Of a stretch of 64,000 nt of DNA, positions 1 to 9,828 are shown piece after piece; the stretch's first letter is position 1; every line of letters begins with the position of its first letter. The notes under the pieces are model-generated. The model did no database searches, had not been told where the DNA came from, and saw nothing but the letters and a program-made list of their open reading frames with translations. Both the position numbers and the translations under genes were made by a program. Source of the DNA: an uncultured Porphyromonadaceae bacterium (GTDB taxonomy: Bacteria > Bacteroidota > Bacteroidia > Bacteroidales > Paludibacteraceae); contig CASEAJ010000046.1 of NCBI GenBank assembly GCA_949285425.1, positions 4,250-68,249 of the forward strand, given 5' to 3'.

Positions 1-4
1 ACAA

Positions 5-35
5 ACCGGCTGCAAGGAAGATCCTTGCAGCCGGT
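5..35. terminator. Intrinsic terminator hairpin downstream of hppA
   Basis: accggctgcaagga (5-18) / tccttgcagccggt (22-35), T-run on the right. Confidence 0.75.
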
Positions 36-67
36 CTTTTTCTTAAGAAATATCTTTTTTCGCTCTT

Positions 68-2290
68 CTACAACAGACTCCATGCTACGGTAAGTCCCGC
101 CATGACGATAGACACCATGCTCATCAACTTGATGAGAATGTTCAACGATGGGCCCGATGTATCTTTGAACGGGTCGCCCACCGTGTCGCCCACGACCGTG
201 GCCTTGTGTGCATCGCAGCCTTTGCCGCCGAAGTTGCCTTCTTCAATATATTTTTTCGCATTGTCCCAGGCACCTCCCGAGTTAGCCATGAAAATGGCCA
301 AAACGAAACCGGCCGCCAAACCTCCGGTCAGCAATCCCATGACACCCGAAACGCCCAGCACGATTCCGGTAAGGATAGGAACGATTATGGCCAACAAGGA
401 AGGGAACAGCATTTCGCGCTGCGCCCCTTTGGTCGATATTTCCACACAGCGGGCATAATCGGGGGTTCCTTCACCGGTAAGTATACCTTTTATTTCGCGG
501 AACTGGCGGCGTACTTCTTCCACCATTTTTTGTGCCGCACGACCTACCGCATTCATGGTCAATCCGCAGAACAGGAACGCCATCATGGCACCAACAAACA
601 TGCCGGCCAACACTTTCGGATTCATCAGTGTGACCTGATACCAATCCATGAAATCGCCGAACGAGGCTGCAGAAATTTCCGCTTTGCCCAACAGTTCATT
701 TCCTACACGCACCAGACCATCTACCGAACCTTCGGCCAAACGCACCAGACCAATTTTGATTTCCTCTATGTAAGAAGCAAGCAAGGCCAAAGCGGTGAGT
801 GCAGCCGAACCTATAGCAAATCCCTTGCCCGTGGCTGCCGTTGTATTGCCAAGTGCATCCAACGCATCGGTACGCTTGCGCACTTCCGAGCCCAGTCCGC
901 TCATTTCGGCATTGCCACCCGCATTGTCGGCTATCGGTCCGTAGGCATCGGTCGCCAGCGTAATGCCCAAGGTTGAAAGCATTCCCACGGCAGCAATGCC
1001 TATGCCGTACAGACCAAGACTCAGGTTTTCGGCCGTGAGCATGTGCTGCACGTCAAACTGAATGGCACACAGGTAAGAAAGTATAATGGCAAAAACAATG
1101 GTTACCACCGGTATGGCTGTAGATATCATACCCAATCCCAAACCCGAAATAATAACGGTTGCCGGTCCGGTTTCCGCACTTTTCGCCACCTTCTGCGTCG
1201 GTTTGTATGAGTGTGAGGTATAATATTCCGTACCCTGTCCGATGATGATGCCGGCTACAAGTCCGCAAATGACCGAGAAAGAAATGCCGACCCAGTTTTC
1301 AAGTCCCAGCAGATACAGAATGACAAATGTCAGCACGGCTATCAGAAGCGCACTTACATTGACACCCCGGTTGAGGGCAGCCATCAACTGTTTCATGTCG
1401 GCATTCTCTTTGGTTTTCACCAGGAAAATACCGAAAATGGACAGGAATATGCCCACCGCGGCAATGATCATGGGAGCAAATACCGCTTTGGTCTGCATGG
1501 CCGGATTCATCATGAACGCCGAAGCACCCAATGCCGCCGTTGCCAGAATGGAGCCGCAATATGATTCATACAGGTCGGCACCCATGCCGGCCACGTCGCC
1601 TACATTGTCACCCACATTGTCGGCAATGGTAGCGGGGTTGCGAGGGTCATCTTCCGGAATGCCGGCTTCCACCTTGCCCACCAGGTCAGCACCCACGTCG
1701 GCCGCTTTGGTATAAATGCCCCCTCCCACACGGGCAAACAAGGCCTGTGTCGAAGCTCCCATTCCAAAAGTAAGCATGGTGGTAGTAATGAACATGGTTT
1801 TATGAGCCGCATCGGCTTCTTCGACAAACGCATTGAGAATGAGATACCAGGCCGAAATGTCGACCAAAGCCAGCCCGACAACCACCAGCCCCATGACCGC
1901 TCCCGAACGGAAAGCCACCTGCAAGCCCTTGTTCAATGACTGGGAAGCCGCATGGGCCGTACGGGCCGAGGCATAAGTTGCCGTTTTCATGCCGAAAAAG
2001 CCGGCCAAACCCGAAAAGAACCCACCGGTGAGGAATGCGAAGGGAACCCATGAGTTCTGCAAACCGAAAAACGCCATAACGGCAAACAACACCGCCAGCA
2101 CCACAAACACGATGATAACCACCTTATACTGCTGTTTCAAATAGGACATAGCCCCCTCACGGACATGTTGGGCTATTGTTTTCATTCTGTCCGTACCTTC
2201 ACTCTGCTTCATCATTTGCCTGAAGAAAATCCAGGCAAACAGTAAAGCTGTTACTGCCGCAACGGGCACCAAATAGAAAATGTTCTCCAT
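68..2290 (-). CDS. hppA: Membrane-bound K+-dependent Na+(,H+)-translocating pyrophosphatase
   Basis: GGGIYTKAADVGADLVGKVE, DNVGDNVGD, GNTTAA (Ala = K+-dependent type) and GDTVGDPFKDTSGP motifs; many TM helices. Confidence 0.97.
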   Translation of the reverse strand: MENIFYLVPVAAVTALLFAWIFFRQMMKQSEGTDRMKTIAQHVREGAMSYLKQQYKVVIIVFVVLAVLFAVMAFFGLQNSWVPFAFLTGGFFSGLAGFFGMKTATYASARTAHAASQSLNKGLQVAFRSGAVMGLVVVGLALVDISAWYLILNAFVEEADAAHKTMFITTTMLTFGMGASTQALFARVGGGIYTKAADVGADLVGKVEAGIPEDDPRNPATIADNVGDNVGDVAGMGADLYESYCGSILATAALGASAFMMNPAMQTKAVFAPMIIAAVGIFLSIFGIFLVKTKENADMKQLMAALNRGVNVSALLIAVLTFVILYLLGLENWVGISFSVICGLVAGIIIGQGTEYYTSHSYKPTQKVAKSAETGPATVIISGLGLGMISTAIPVVTIVFAIILSYLCAIQFDVQHMLTAENLSLGLYGIGIAAVGMLSTLGITLATDAYGPIADNAGGNAEMSGLGSEVRKRTDALDALGNTTAATGKGFAIGSAALTALALLASYIEEIKIGLVRLAEGSVDGLVRVGNELLGKAEISAASFGDFMDWYQVTLMNPKVLAGMFVGAMMAFLFCGLTMNAVGRAAQKMVEEVRRQFREIKGILTGEGTPDYARCVEISTKGAQREMLFPSLLAIIVPILTGIVLGVSGVMGLLTGGLAAGFVLAIFMANSGGAWDNAKKYIEEGNFGGKGCDAHKATVVGDTVGDPFKDTSGPSLNILIKLMSMVSIVMAGLTVAWSLL

Positions 2291-2324
2291 ACAATTTAAA
2301 TTTAAATGAATTGATAATTATGAT

Positions 2325-3569
2325 TTACTGTTCTTTTGTCTTTTCTATTCCCATAATCCTTTGATACAATGTCGGGTGTGAATAATAAAAAAACACATAC
2401 AGCGGATGTGGCATAAGATTGCTGAGCGAGGTGGCCGACAGCTTCTTCAAGGCCGACACCAGACGGTCGCCGTATCCGAACGATGCGGCATAACCATCGG
2501 CCTGGTACTCAAACCGCCGCGAAAGCACATTCATGCCCAAATCCAGCACCAGTGTTACCGGCGAGTAAAGAATGGAAAATGCCAAAGCGTTCAGATGAAA
2601 CGAAGCCCGAGTCCCTCCCAATGCCTGTGCAAAGGCATCGCTTTGGAGCACAAAACCAAAGAAAAGAAACAACAATAGCATATAGGGCACGTTCAACAGC
2701 AGATTGATGAGATTATGCCGGTGTTTATAGTGCCCTATCTCATGTGCCAGCACAGCGACAATCTCATCAACGGTCATTTTGTCGAGCAAGGTGTCATAAA
2801 GCACGATACGTTTCTTGGCACCAAGTCCGGTGAAATAGGCGTTTGCCTTTGTCGTGCGCTTGGAACTGTCAATGATATAAATGTTTTTCAATTTGAATCC
2901 GGCCTTGTCCGCAAACGCTTCAATGGCATCGCGCAGTTCGCCCGGTTCCAGCGGTGTCTGCTTGTTGAACAAAGGCACAATGATTTCCGAATAGAACATG
3001 GACATGAACAGGTTGAACACCATGACAACTCCAAAAGCCAGTAACCAGAAAAAATCCGGAGTCCAGGTATATATCCAAATGACTAACGAAAGCAATCCGC
3101 CGCCCATGACAACCGTAAGCAGCCATCCTTTCAGTTTGTCCATTATGAAAACCGCAGGAGTCGTCCGATTGAAGCCGAAGCGTTCCTCTATGCGGAAGGT
3201 ATCGTACCATGCAAAGGGCAGCATCAACAGGTCACTGGCCAGATAAATGATGCCGAAAAACACAAGCGACACCACAATTTCGTTTTCCACCCATGAACGC
3301 ACCCAGGCATCGAGCCAGCCAAAGCCTCCGAAACTGTACATCAACAGCGTAACAAGAAAACTGACAGAACCGGTCAGCATGCCGAAACGGGCATTGGTGC
3401 GGAAATAATCCTGTTGACGGGCATATCGTTCAGGGTCATAAATGCCCTGCAGCACAGCTGGCAATGGAGTTCGGGAATAGCGTACGTTGACAAACGAAAG
3501 ATAGCGTTCCAGCAGGAAATCGGCTATCAATATGAAGATGATTATACCATATAATACATGAACAGACAT
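2325..3569 (-). CDS. M48 family (Ste24-like) membrane zinc metallopeptidase
   Basis: HEIGH zinc motif, KANAYFTGLG, EYQADGYA, SHPTLYQRI. ATG 3569 chosen over TTG 3578. Confidence 0.92.
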   Translation of the reverse strand: MSVHVLYGIIIFILIADFLLERYLSFVNVRYSRTPLPAVLQGIYDPERYARQQDYFRTNARFGMLTGSVSFLVTLLMYSFGGFGWLDAWVRSWVENEIVVSLVFFGIIYLASDLLMLPFAWYDTFRIEERFGFNRTTPAVFIMDKLKGWLLTVVMGGGLLSLVIWIYTWTPDFFWLLAFGVVMVFNLFMSMFYSEIIVPLFNKQTPLEPGELRDAIEAFADKAGFKLKNIYIIDSSKRTTKANAYFTGLGAKKRIVLYDTLLDKMTVDEIVAVLAHEIGHYKHRHNLINLLLNVPYMLLLFLFFGFVLQSDAFAQALGGTRASFHLNALAFSILYSPVTLVLDLGMNVLSRRFEYQADGYAASFGYGDRLVSALKKLSATSLSNLMPHPLYVFFYYSHPTLYQRIMGIEKTKEQ

Positions 3570-3755
3570 AACAACCAAAGGCTAATGTTCAACAAATCAC
3601 TGCAATGTCTTTTGCACTTACAAAAATAGCAAAATCCGCCAATAAATCACACGGAGCAAGGAAAAACATCGGCCGAAATGTCCGTATCCGGCAGATAAGT
3701 AACTCGTAAAAACACAAAATCATCTCGAAAGTTCCTCACAAAATCATACAAATTC

Positions 3756-3812
3756 ACTTAAGGTGGGTTCTATAAATTGCTTTATGGGTGATTTATAGAA
3801 CCCACCTTAAGT
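3756..3812. repeat. Perfect 22-bp inverted repeat with 13-nt spacer
   Basis: acttaaggtgggttctataaat (3756-3777) / atttatagaacccaccttaagt (3791-3812). Confidence 0.9.
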
Positions 3813-3939
3813 TTCGCAAGTGAAAATTCAACCTGTTCATAGCTTGCTGGCAAGGGGCTGTCCGCCCCTTTGTTGCAGGCCATGAACCAATTGCTTGAAC
3901 TTGTGAAACCTAAGCAAATTCATTTTCACGAATTACTTA

Positions 3940-5628
3940 TCAGTAAAAATCCGCTTTTTGGGTCAATTCCAGTTTTTCTCCGGTAACCGGATGGGTAAAT
4001 GTCAGTGACTCGGCATGCAAATAGAGACGGTCAGCTTTCGTTCCATACAGGGCGTCGCCCCGTATGGGACAATGCAATCCTGCCTGATGGGCCGCATGCA
4101 CGCGGAGCTGGTGGGTACGTCCCGTATGGGGATAAAACGCCACAAGCGTACAACCCTCCTTCCGCTGCAGCACCTCAAAATCGGTTACTGCCGGTTTGCC
4201 GTGTGCCCAATCAACCATCTGCCGGGGACGGTCGAGCCAGTCCGGACAAAGCGGCAAATCTATTGTCCCCCTGTCCTGCCCTACCTGCCCAACAACCCAG
4301 GCCACATAACGTTTACGTACAAGCCGGTGCTTGAACTGTGCCTGCAAACGGCAATGGGCCTCCTTCGTCTTTGCCACAACCAGCAGTCCGGAGGTGTCCA
4401 TGTCGAGCCGGTGCACTATCAGCGGACTGTCCGTCTGCGGATAACGCCTGCAGGCCCATTCATATACAGAAAAGGCATTCCCTTTGCCCGGAACCGACAG
4501 CAATCCCGCAGGCTTGTTCACCACCACCAGCCATTCGTCTTCATAGACCACGTCCAACGGCCGTTCACGGTCATTGCCGGAAGGCAGCAATGGATTCGGT
4601 TCCACATCCAGTCCCTGCAACATGTGTTTCAATATCGGTTCGCACTTCCCCTTGCAGGCCGGGTAGTAATGTCCGTGCCGCCTCATTTCCGACACCGGAC
4701 TTGCACCCCACCAGAACTCGGCCATGGCCAAAGGTTTCCAACCATGCAGGTATGCATATTGCAACAGTTTGGGGGCCGCGCAGTCTCCGGCTCCGGAGGG
4801 CGGAACCTTGTGAAGCGTATGTTTGAATATATCGCACAAGTCCTTCTCTTCACCCCGATAGTTCAACATGCGAAAGCGGGAAAACAAACGCTGCTGCAAC
4901 GCGGCGGAGCGCTGTTTCCGTTCCGTCCGCAAAGATTCCAGACGCGATTCATAACCGGCCGACTTCTCCTGCAGGTCAATCAGTTTTCGTTTCCACTGCA
5001 GTTCCTGTCGCTTATATTCCGCCTTCTGAAACTGGCTTTCGCGTATCAGTGCCTCCTCTTCTTCCACCGTCAGGGTCCGTTCGCTTCGGCTGCGGTCCCG
5101 TTCGGCCTTCGCCGTTTTCAATTTCCGTTTGGCTGCGGCCTGCCATTGCTTCATACAGGCCTCTTCATGGGCCAGTTCCTCCCGAAGCACACGGTATTCC
5201 TCCGATGACTCCAAACTCTCAATCAGGGCATTCATGCCCGATATGGCTTCTTCCTCCAGCCTGAAACTATCGTCCAACTGCTGCATGTTGCACACGGGCG
5301 GCACAAAAAACGGCTGTACGCTTTTCCCGGCCAACATGCCGGAAAAAGCGGCCACATAGCCCAACTTACCCTCACCGGCACACACAACCAGCACACCGAA
5401 CATCTTTCCTTTTTCCAGTTCCGCCTGCCATTCGGTTTTTGCCGACAGGTAGGCTTGCACCTCCTCCGCAGCCAATACACAAAGCGGGTGCGGCGTATAA
5501 CAGAACGGATAAGTAAAACGTTCGGGCAACGGGATGTGCGTTACGGGCGAATGAAAAGCATGAAGCACACCCGTAGATGGGGGTTGAGCGACCGTAGTGT
5601 CCACCCGTTTTTCGTCTGCGGTTTCCAT
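3940..5628 (-). CDS. Long-form RluA family pseudouridine synthase with N-terminal coiled-coil/Cys-containing domain
   Basis: C-terminal VNKPAGL, HRLDMDTSG, GRTHQLRVH, LHA motifs. Start uncertain (5568 GTG, 5628, 5694 or 5760). Confidence 0.9.
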   Translation of the reverse strand: METADEKRVDTTVAQPPSTGVLHAFHSPVTHIPLPERFTYPFCYTPHPLCVLAAEEVQAYLSAKTEWQAELEKGKMFGVLVVCAGEGKLGYVAAFSGMLAGKSVQPFFVPPVCNMQQLDDSFRLEEEAISGMNALIESLESSEEYRVLREELAHEEACMKQWQAAAKRKLKTAKAERDRSRSERTLTVEEEEALIRESQFQKAEYKRQELQWKRKLIDLQEKSAGYESRLESLRTERKQRSAALQQRLFSRFRMLNYRGEEKDLCDIFKHTLHKVPPSGAGDCAAPKLLQYAYLHGWKPLAMAEFWWGASPVSEMRRHGHYYPACKGKCEPILKHMLQGLDVEPNPLLPSGNDRERPLDVVYEDEWLVVVNKPAGLLSVPGKGNAFSVYEWACRRYPQTDSPLIVHRLDMDTSGLLVVAKTKEAHCRLQAQFKHRLVRKRYVAWVVGQVGQDRGTIDLPLCPDWLDRPRQMVDWAHGKPAVTDFEVLQRKEGCTLVAFYPHTGRTHQLRVHAAHQAGLHCPIRGDALYGTKADRLYLHAESLTFTHPVTGEKLELTQKADFY

Positions 5629-5771
5629 GTACACAGAAATCAATCTTCCTCGCGGGAAGGTTTCGGGGTTTTGAACTTTCTCTTTTTTTCCCATGCGGCC
5701 TTGCGGGCCAGATAGTCCTCGTATTGTTTTTCCAGATAATTGTCCGCCATAAAAATACAATTTGTAGCTTG

Positions 5772-5779
5772 CAAAAGTA
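5772..5779 (-). promoter_or_regulatory. Bacteroidetes -7 promoter box for rluA
   Basis: TACTTTTG on minus strand (TAnnTTTG). Confidence 0.55.
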
Positions 5780-5871
5780 TCATTTATAATCGGTTTATGC
5801 GAAAAAACATTTCACTTTTTACTGTCAGAAATTTAGACTAAGCGGCTCAAGATACGGTACATTTTTCTCCG

Positions 5872-6070
5872 CCTTGTCCGGTGAGCCGGAAAATCGGCCT
5901 GTAGAAGCCGACCGAAGGCCTGTTGTTCGAGCACAGCGAGTTCAGGCATTCAGGCTTCGCAAGGACGGGTTTTTCCGTGCGAAACGGGCACAGCGGCGGC
6001 GTTCTTTGCCTACTTTCTTCCGCTGTAGGAAGAAAGTATGGTCGGGGTCGCAGGGGCGGACAGCCCCTTT
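5872..6070. mobile_element. GC-rich structured intergenic element (REP/MITE-like or ncRNA)
   Basis: Nested stems; tactttcttcc/ggaagaaagta hairpin 6011-6038; aggggc-ggaca-gcccct hairpin 6052-6068. Confidence 0.5.
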
Positions 6071-6135
6071 ATAGCCAGCCTTATTCGTCAAATGACACGT
6101 TTTATCATGCGTTTTCCCTGTTTCAACAGCCAATA

Positions 6136-6231
6136 TTCTACGACCCACTATGGTGGGTTATATAACTCACGGTGGTGGGTTATACAACTCACTACCTTGG
6201 GTCGTACAACTCACTATAGTGGGTCGTAGAA
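6136..6231. repeat. 4 x 22-bp palindromic tandem array, family A
   Basis: Units at 6140, 6162, 6184, 6206; variants of the palindrome ACGACCCACTATAGTGGGTCGT; bounded by ttct...agaa. Confidence 0.92.
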
Positions 6232-6425
6232 TTTATCAGCATGAGTTATAAAATCCATGCCGGAAAGTCATAAAACACAAGCCGGAAAAAACAGGAAACC
6301 AGCCGCCGTTGCAAAGGCTGCTTCTCTGTACAAACGGCGATTGCTCCGCTTTTTCCCCTAACCGGCCAACGGATGAAAATCATAAAAAATTCGTACTTTT
6401 GTCTCTTGCAAAGACCCGAAACGAC

Positions 6426-9308
6426 ATGAATTCTTTTCTTCGACGCATAGCGCAGACATTCTATAGGGAATACGGAAACGACATGAGCAAGTTTTGCTTC
6501 GTGTTTCCCAACCGAAGGGCCGGTCTGTTCTTTCAACGCTATCTGGCTGAAATCATTGAACGGCCCATGTTCTCACCCGAAATCATAACGATAAACGAGT
6601 GTTTCTTTTCGGCGGTCAACGGCCAGGAGGTCGACCATCTGGGGGCACTTTTCCGGTTGTACGACATTTACCGGCAAACAAGCGGCAGCAACGAAAGTTT
6701 CGACAACTTCGTGTATTGGGGCGAAATGCTGCTGACCGACTTCGACGACATTGACAAGTATCTGGCCGACCCCAAACAGGTGTTCACAAACATTACCGAA
6801 CTCAAGGAAATCGATCTTCTGTTCAATTCGTTCACGGAAAACCAGTTGAAGGCCATACGGGAGTTCTGGAAGAATTTCGACCCGCTGCCCGACAGTCAGA
6901 CCAGCCTGAACTTCATCGCTACCTGGAAAATTCTGTTGCCCCTGTACGAACGTTTCCGGCAGAGCCTGCGTGAAGAAGGACTTTTCACCGAAGGGATGGT
7001 GTGCCGCCACGTAGCGGAATGTCTTGGAAGCGGACAAACCATAGAGGCTTTTGCCGGAAAACAGTTTGTCTTTGTAGGCTTTAACGCGCTTACACTGGCT
7101 GAAAAGACGCTGTTCAAGGAACTGAAGAAATCAAACCAGGCCGATTTTTACTGGGACTATGAGGCGGCCGAACTGCGCGACCCGGACAACCCGGCTTCGC
7201 GGTTCTATGCAGAAAACATAACGGCCTTTCCGTCGAAACTGACCGTAGAACCGGTCGTTGAAGACTTGCGGAGCAAACATTTCGAACTTTGGGCCGTTCC
7301 GTCGCAAGCGGGACAGGCCAAACATGTGCACACGCTGCTCAACGGCATTTTTCCCGAAGGTCAGACAACCGATGGCATCAACACGGCCGTTGTTCTGCCG
7401 GACGAAAGCATGCTTATCCCCCTGCTTCACTCGCTGCCCGTTCAGGTGGAGAAGGTAAATGTAACCATGGGATTCCCTTTGAAAGCCACACCCGCTACCG
7501 GGCTGGTCGAACTTATTTTCGAACTGCAACGCCGGAAAAAGACCACACCGCAAGGCACCAGCTTTTACTTTCAAACCGTATTGAACATACTGAACCATCA
7601 ATACATACATTTGGCCTGCGGAGACCTTGTCCAGACCTTCACCAACGACATTACGGCCAACAACCGAATCTATGTCGACGAAGGCGCATTTGCCGGGCAC
7701 GCGCTGCTTTCCACCCTATTTACTCCGCAGACAAGCACAGACAAGTTTCTGCCTTACCTTATGTCCGTATTGCGGCAGTTGCAGGAGAACTGGCGCAACG
7801 CTACCGAACAGACAGAGTCTTTCCAACTGGAACTGGACTTTCTGTATCAGTACTACATCGTGCTGAACCGCATGCAAGACATCATGCAAAGCCGTCCGGC
7901 CGGTCTGGAAATGTCCACCGACACGCTCATGCGGCTCATTAGGGAACTCACGGCCGGCATTTCCATTCCTTTTGTCGGCGAACCGCTGGCGGGTCTGCAA
8001 ATCATGGGAGCACTGGAAACCCGCGGACTTGATTTTGAAAACATCATCATCACGTCTTTCAACGAAGGTGTTTTCCCGCGCAGAAGCCCTCAAAACAGTT
8101 TCATCCCCTACAATTTGCGCAAAGGTTTCGAATTGCCCACCGCCGAACATCAGGATGCACTGGCTGCCTACAACTTTTACCGGCTCATACATCATGCCCG
8201 AAACATATACCTGCTCTACGATTCGCGCACCGAAGGCCTGCAAACCGGTGAAGTAAGCCGCTTTGCCCATCAGCTGCATTACCATTATGGAGTACCCATC
8301 CAACACAGAGCCCTCACCTTCGATGTGTCTTTCAGAACCCCGTCACCGCTTCAAATAAACAAGACAGACCACATCATGCACAAGCTGTCGGCCTTCCTTC
8401 ACCCGGGACAAGGTTGCAGGGCACTGTCGGCCAGTTCCATCAACTGCTACATTGACTGCCCCATGAAGTTTTACCTCACCCACATTGAGGATATGCGGCA
8501 GGCCGATGAAGTGGCCGAAACCATAGAGGACAACATGTTCGGCACCCTGTTCCATGCTGTCATGGAATACATCTATACCCCGTACAAAGGACAATTGATG
8601 CAGGCTGCCGACTTCGACCGAATCATCGACGACAAAGCCGGAATAGACCGGTACATAGCAAAGGCATTTGCCATCAATTACTTCAAGCGTAAAAACGATA
8701 CGCTGGTACCGCTCGAAGGGAACAACCTGCTGGTGGCCCATGTGCTTAGAAAATACGTGATACAGACCCTGCTCATCGACAAAAAGAACGCTCCGTTCAT
8801 TCACATCACTTCCGAAGAATCATGCCATGTCCGCTTTCCGCTTTCCGATGGCACACGGCAAGTCAACCTGAAGGGATACATAGACCGTGTCGATGAAAAA
8901 GACCGGAAAATACGCATTCTGGACTACAAGACAGGTAGAGGCACACTCGACTTCAAAAATTTTGAAGAAGCCTTCCAGCCCGACCGGGATCCGAAGAAAG
9001 CATCAAAATATCTGTTGCAAACCTTTCTGTATGGAATACTATACAAGGAAAAAGCAGCGGGAAAAGCTATCATGCCCTGCATATACTACATGCGAGACAC
9101 ATTTAAAGACAATTTTGAAGACCGTCTGCATTACAAAAACAAAGACATAGATGAATATATCAACGATTTTTCCCCATACGAAAGCGAATTCAGGGAACAT
9201 CTTACCACCTGTCTGGATGAGATTTTTGACCCTCAAGTACCGTTCAGGCAGAACATAAGTGACAAACCCTGCCAATACTGCGACTACAAAATCATCTGCA
9301 ACAGATAA
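6426..9308 (+). CDS. AddB/RexB-like PD-(D/E)xK nuclease with inactive helicase-like N-terminus and 4-Cys Fe-S staple
   Basis: VFPNRRAGLF start, LETRGLDF, SASSINCYIDCP, GYIDRVD...ILDYKTG, C-terminal CQYCDYKIIC. -7 box TACTTTTG at 6394-6401 supports ATG 6426. Confidence 0.85.
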   Translation: MNSFLRRIAQTFYREYGNDMSKFCFVFPNRRAGLFFQRYLAEIIERPMFSPEIITINECFFSAVNGQEVDHLGALFRLYDIYRQTSGSNESFDNFVYWGEMLLTDFDDIDKYLADPKQVFTNITELKEIDLLFNSFTENQLKAIREFWKNFDPLPDSQTSLNFIATWKILLPLYERFRQSLREEGLFTEGMVCRHVAECLGSGQTIEAFAGKQFVFVGFNALTLAEKTLFKELKKSNQADFYWDYEAAELRDPDNPASRFYAENITAFPSKLTVEPVVEDLRSKHFELWAVPSQAGQAKHVHTLLNGIFPEGQTTDGINTAVVLPDESMLIPLLHSLPVQVEKVNVTMGFPLKATPATGLVELIFELQRRKKTTPQGTSFYFQTVLNILNHQYIHLACGDLVQTFTNDITANNRIYVDEGAFAGHALLSTLFTPQTSTDKFLPYLMSVLRQLQENWRNATEQTESFQLELDFLYQYYIVLNRMQDIMQSRPAGLEMSTDTLMRLIRELTAGISIPFVGEPLAGLQIMGALETRGLDFENIIITSFNEGVFPRRSPQNSFIPYNLRKGFELPTAEHQDALAAYNFYRLIHHARNIYLLYDSRTEGLQTGEVSRFAHQLHYHYGVPIQHRALTFDVSFRTPSPLQINKTDHIMHKLSAFLHPGQGCRALSASSINCYIDCPMKFYLTHIEDMRQADEVAETIEDNMFGTLFHAVMEYIYTPYKGQLMQAADFDRIIDDKAGIDRYIAKAFAINYFKRKNDTLVPLEGNNLLVAHVLRKYVIQTLLIDKKNAPFIHITSEESCHVRFPLSDGTRQVNLKGYIDRVDEKDRKIRILDYKTGRGTLDFKNFEEAFQPDRDPKKASKYLLQTFLYGILYKEKAAGKAIMPCIYYMRDTFKDNFEDRLHYKNKDIDEYINDFSPYESEFREHLTTCLDEIFDPQVPFRQNISDKPCQYCDYKIICNR

Positions 9309-9342
9309 AGCAGAACTGAATCCAACACATATAAATGAACAC

Positions 9343-9828
9343 ATGCAAGAAATAGAACGTAAATTCAAAGTCCATTCCGACCGCTACAAATCGGAAGCAT
9401 TCCGAAGTTGTCCCATTGCACAAGGATATCTGTGCAAGGTGCCCGAACGTACCATCCGCATCCGCATCAAAGGCGAGAAAGGTTTTATCACCATAAAGGG
9501 GAAAAGCAACGATTCAGGCACAAGCCGGTATGAATGGGAAAAAGAGATTCCAAAAGCCGAGGCACTGGAACTGCTAAGATTGTGCGAACCATCCGTCATT
9601 GAAAAAACACGTTATGAGGTCAAAAGCGGAATCCACACCTTTGAAATTGATGAATTTCACGGCGACAACAATGGGCTGGTTATAGCCGAAATCGAATTGT
9701 CAGATGAAAACGAACCCTTCGAACGGCCCGAATGGCTTGGCGAAGAGGTGACCAACAGAAAAGAATATTATAACTCACACTTAAGCGAACACCCATATAA
9801 AGAATGGGAAAAAAACAATTTACAATGA
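9343..9828 (+). CDS. CYTH domain protein (triphosphate tunnel metalloenzyme)
   Basis: EIERKF start motif, IRIRI, EWE, EIDEF, AEIEL. Confidence 0.92.
   Translation: MQEIERKFKVHSDRYKSEAFRSCPIAQGYLCKVPERTIRIRIKGEKGFITIKGKSNDSGTSRYEWEKEIPKAEALELLRLCEPSVIEKTRYEVKSGIHTFEIDEFHGDNNGLVIAEIELSDENEPFERPEWLGEEVTNRKEYYNSHLSEHPYKEWEKNNLQ

Noticed and set aside
4015-5208. Long antisense ORFs (e.g. 4015-5208, 18304-19428, 29687-30556, 38668-39774, 60499-61659)
   Set aside because: They fully overlap well-supported genes on the other strand and have no recognisable motifs; treated as shadow ORFs.
5874-6229. Short ORFs over intergenic repeats (also 13569-13766, 15961-16200, 52221-52580, 59081-59338)
   Set aside because: They are translations of repeats or structured DNA with no protein-like signal.
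6309-6425. Upstream extended starts in the ORF track (addB, CYTH, mutY, GT2, GT4, FAD oxidoreductase)
   Set aside because: The extensions overlap promoter boxes or neighbouring genes; downstream ATGs match the family N-termini.
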